Shown here in pieces: positions 63,141 through 64,000 of a DNA stretch of 64,000 bases. The notes beneath the pieces were generated by a model that saw only the letters and a list, made by a program, of their open reading frames with translations, was not told where the DNA came from and did not search any database. The position numbers and the translations under genes were made by a program. Within the stretch, counting starts at the first letter, position 1; each line of letters opens with the position of its first letter. Origin of the DNA: SAR324 cluster bacterium (GTDB lineage: Bacteria; SAR324; XYD2-FULL-50-16; HCM1). The stretch lies in the NCBI GenBank assembly GCA_002995645.1, contig PUHO01000012.1:87653-151652 (forward strand), read 5' to 3'.

Positions 63141-64000
63141 TTATTTATTCGGTAATGTTTGCGCATAAGCATACAAGGCTGCCGCTTTTTCTACTTTTTC
63201 TTGCTTATAATAGAGTTGCCCAAGTTGATGTACTGTTTTTTGTAATTCTTGTGTGTTCCCTGTGCTTTTAAAGAAAGTATATAACCATTCAGTATAAACG
63301 GTTGCTTGCTCTAGGTTGTTTTGAGCCATACACTCTTGAATTAAATCTTTATAGATTTTTTCAGCTTCTTCCGGTTGATTGGCAATTTTGAAGCTCTTTG
63401 CTAAATTCTTTTTATAATTAGAAAAGGCTTGTGAAAATTTTGTTTTTAAAGGGGAGTTCTTTATTTGTTCATATGCCGCTATTTGTAAAGATAAAGGTAT
63501 ATCTTTTACATATTTATTAGCTGATTTTAAGAAAGCTTTTGTTGATGCATCTAGCTGATTTTGTTGTTTTAAAATAAATCCGTCAATAAAATACAATTTG
63601 CTAATATTTTCTTGTGATAGTCGTTGCATGTTAAAGTTAGCGTCTTTTACTATAGACAAGGCTTCGTCAAAATCTTCTAATTCTAGTAATAATAAAGCAA
63701 TAGAAATAAGCGTATCATAGTAAATTGTATGTTGTTGTAAGTCCTGGTTAAGTTTCATTGTAGCATTAAGCGTAGTTAAAGCTTGCTCTCCTTTTCCAAG
63801 ACTGCGGTAAATAGAGGCGCCAATAAGATGCACTTCGGCAAGTAGTTGCCATTGTTTTTTTTCTGTTAGTTGTTTACTAAGCCATTGATATAGAATTAAA
63901 TTATCAGCTTGATAAGATTTAATAGTAAATAAAAAGCGAAGTATATGCGTTACAAGATCAAAAATAGCTTCTGTTGTGTTATAGGAAAATATATTACGAA
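63141..64000 (-). CDS. TPR-repeat protein, partial (N-terminus beyond the window edge)
   Basis: Repeated helical TPR-like units (…ALSIVKDANFNMQRL…). The frame stays open upstream of the ORF-track GTG start all the way to position 64000. Confidence 0.55.
   Translation of the reverse strand, partial: RNIFSYNTTEAIFDLVTHILRFLFTIKSYQADNLILYQWLSKQLTEKKQWQLLAEVHLIGASIYRSLGKGEQALTTLNATMKLNQDLQQHTIYYDTLISIALLLLELEDFDEALSIVKDANFNMQRLSQENISKLYFIDGFILKQQNQLDASTKAFLKSANKYVKDIPLSLQIAAYEQIKNSPLKTKFSQAFSNYKKNLAKSFKIANQPEEAEKIYKDLIQECMAQNNLEQATVYTEWLYTFFKSTGNTQELQKTVHQLGQLYYKQEKVEKAAALYAYAQTLPNK

Overview
This 64-kb window comes from an AT-rich diderm bacterium (roughly one-third GC by eye). I cannot assign a phylum with confidence. 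The fused ccoN-ccoO cbb3 oxidase gene and the CcoQ 'IYP' helix are typical of Bacteroidota, but TTGACA/TATAGT-like promoters, Shine-Dalgarno motifs and a hydrolase-dead RelA-type RSH are also present. I found no rRNA gene, CRISPR array, transposase or integrase.

Gene content is mostly housekeeping and envelope functions:
- A DNA-methyltransferase 3' fragment, a start-less open frame and a tRNA-Met (initiator-like) at the left edge.
- A complete cbb3 oxidase assembly cluster: ccoI, ccoS (in a frame the ORF track missed), fused ccoNO, monohaem ccoP, ccoQ, a second monohaem cytochrome c, ccoG and ccoH.
- murF, standing alone.
- An LPS/envelope block: sulfatase/LtaS-like membrane enzyme, LptF/G permease, two divergent GT9 heptosyltransferases, an ATP-grasp protein and a third GT9 further on.
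- Class II B12-dependent ribonucleotide reductase nrdJ, then accD and pepA.
- thyX, sppA, a Na/Ca exchanger and the uppS-cdsA-dxr-rseP block.
- A livFGMHK-type ABC transporter.
- A division-associated stretch: RlpA/SPOR, a secreted hypothetical, an atypical receiver/acidic-repeat protein, ftsW and murG.
- secG, tpiA and pgk.
- A YibQ-type deacetylase, then a large FG-GAP/VCBS secreted protein translationally coupled to a CARDB-like protein.
- An aldo/keto reductase, rpmB, a rhodanese-Nfu fusion, gmk, RelA-type RSH, a eukaryotic-type UDP-sugar pyrophosphorylase and a TPR protein that runs off the right edge.

The main signal not explained by the gene list is a recurring architecture. At five separate places the 3' end of a gene has been tandemly duplicated and left to decay:
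- fixH/murF (convergent ends), a near-identical duplication.
- accD, whose duplication has evolved into a higher-order satellite with 15 copies of a conserved 24-mer.
- thyX.
- murG, followed by about 2.3 kb of decayed copies of its 3' end.
- The 3' end of the GT9 gene at 37942..38949, a 60-bp duplication.

Other points worth a look: a pseudo-receiver protein (Asp->Glu at the phospho-acceptor position) with a long acidic repeat tail directly upstream of ftsW-murG; a SecG with a lysine/alanine-rich histone-H1-like tail; a CcoP split into two monohaem genes; two divergent GT9 genes whose start codons share one CATG; and a rhodanese(Asp)-Nfu fusion.
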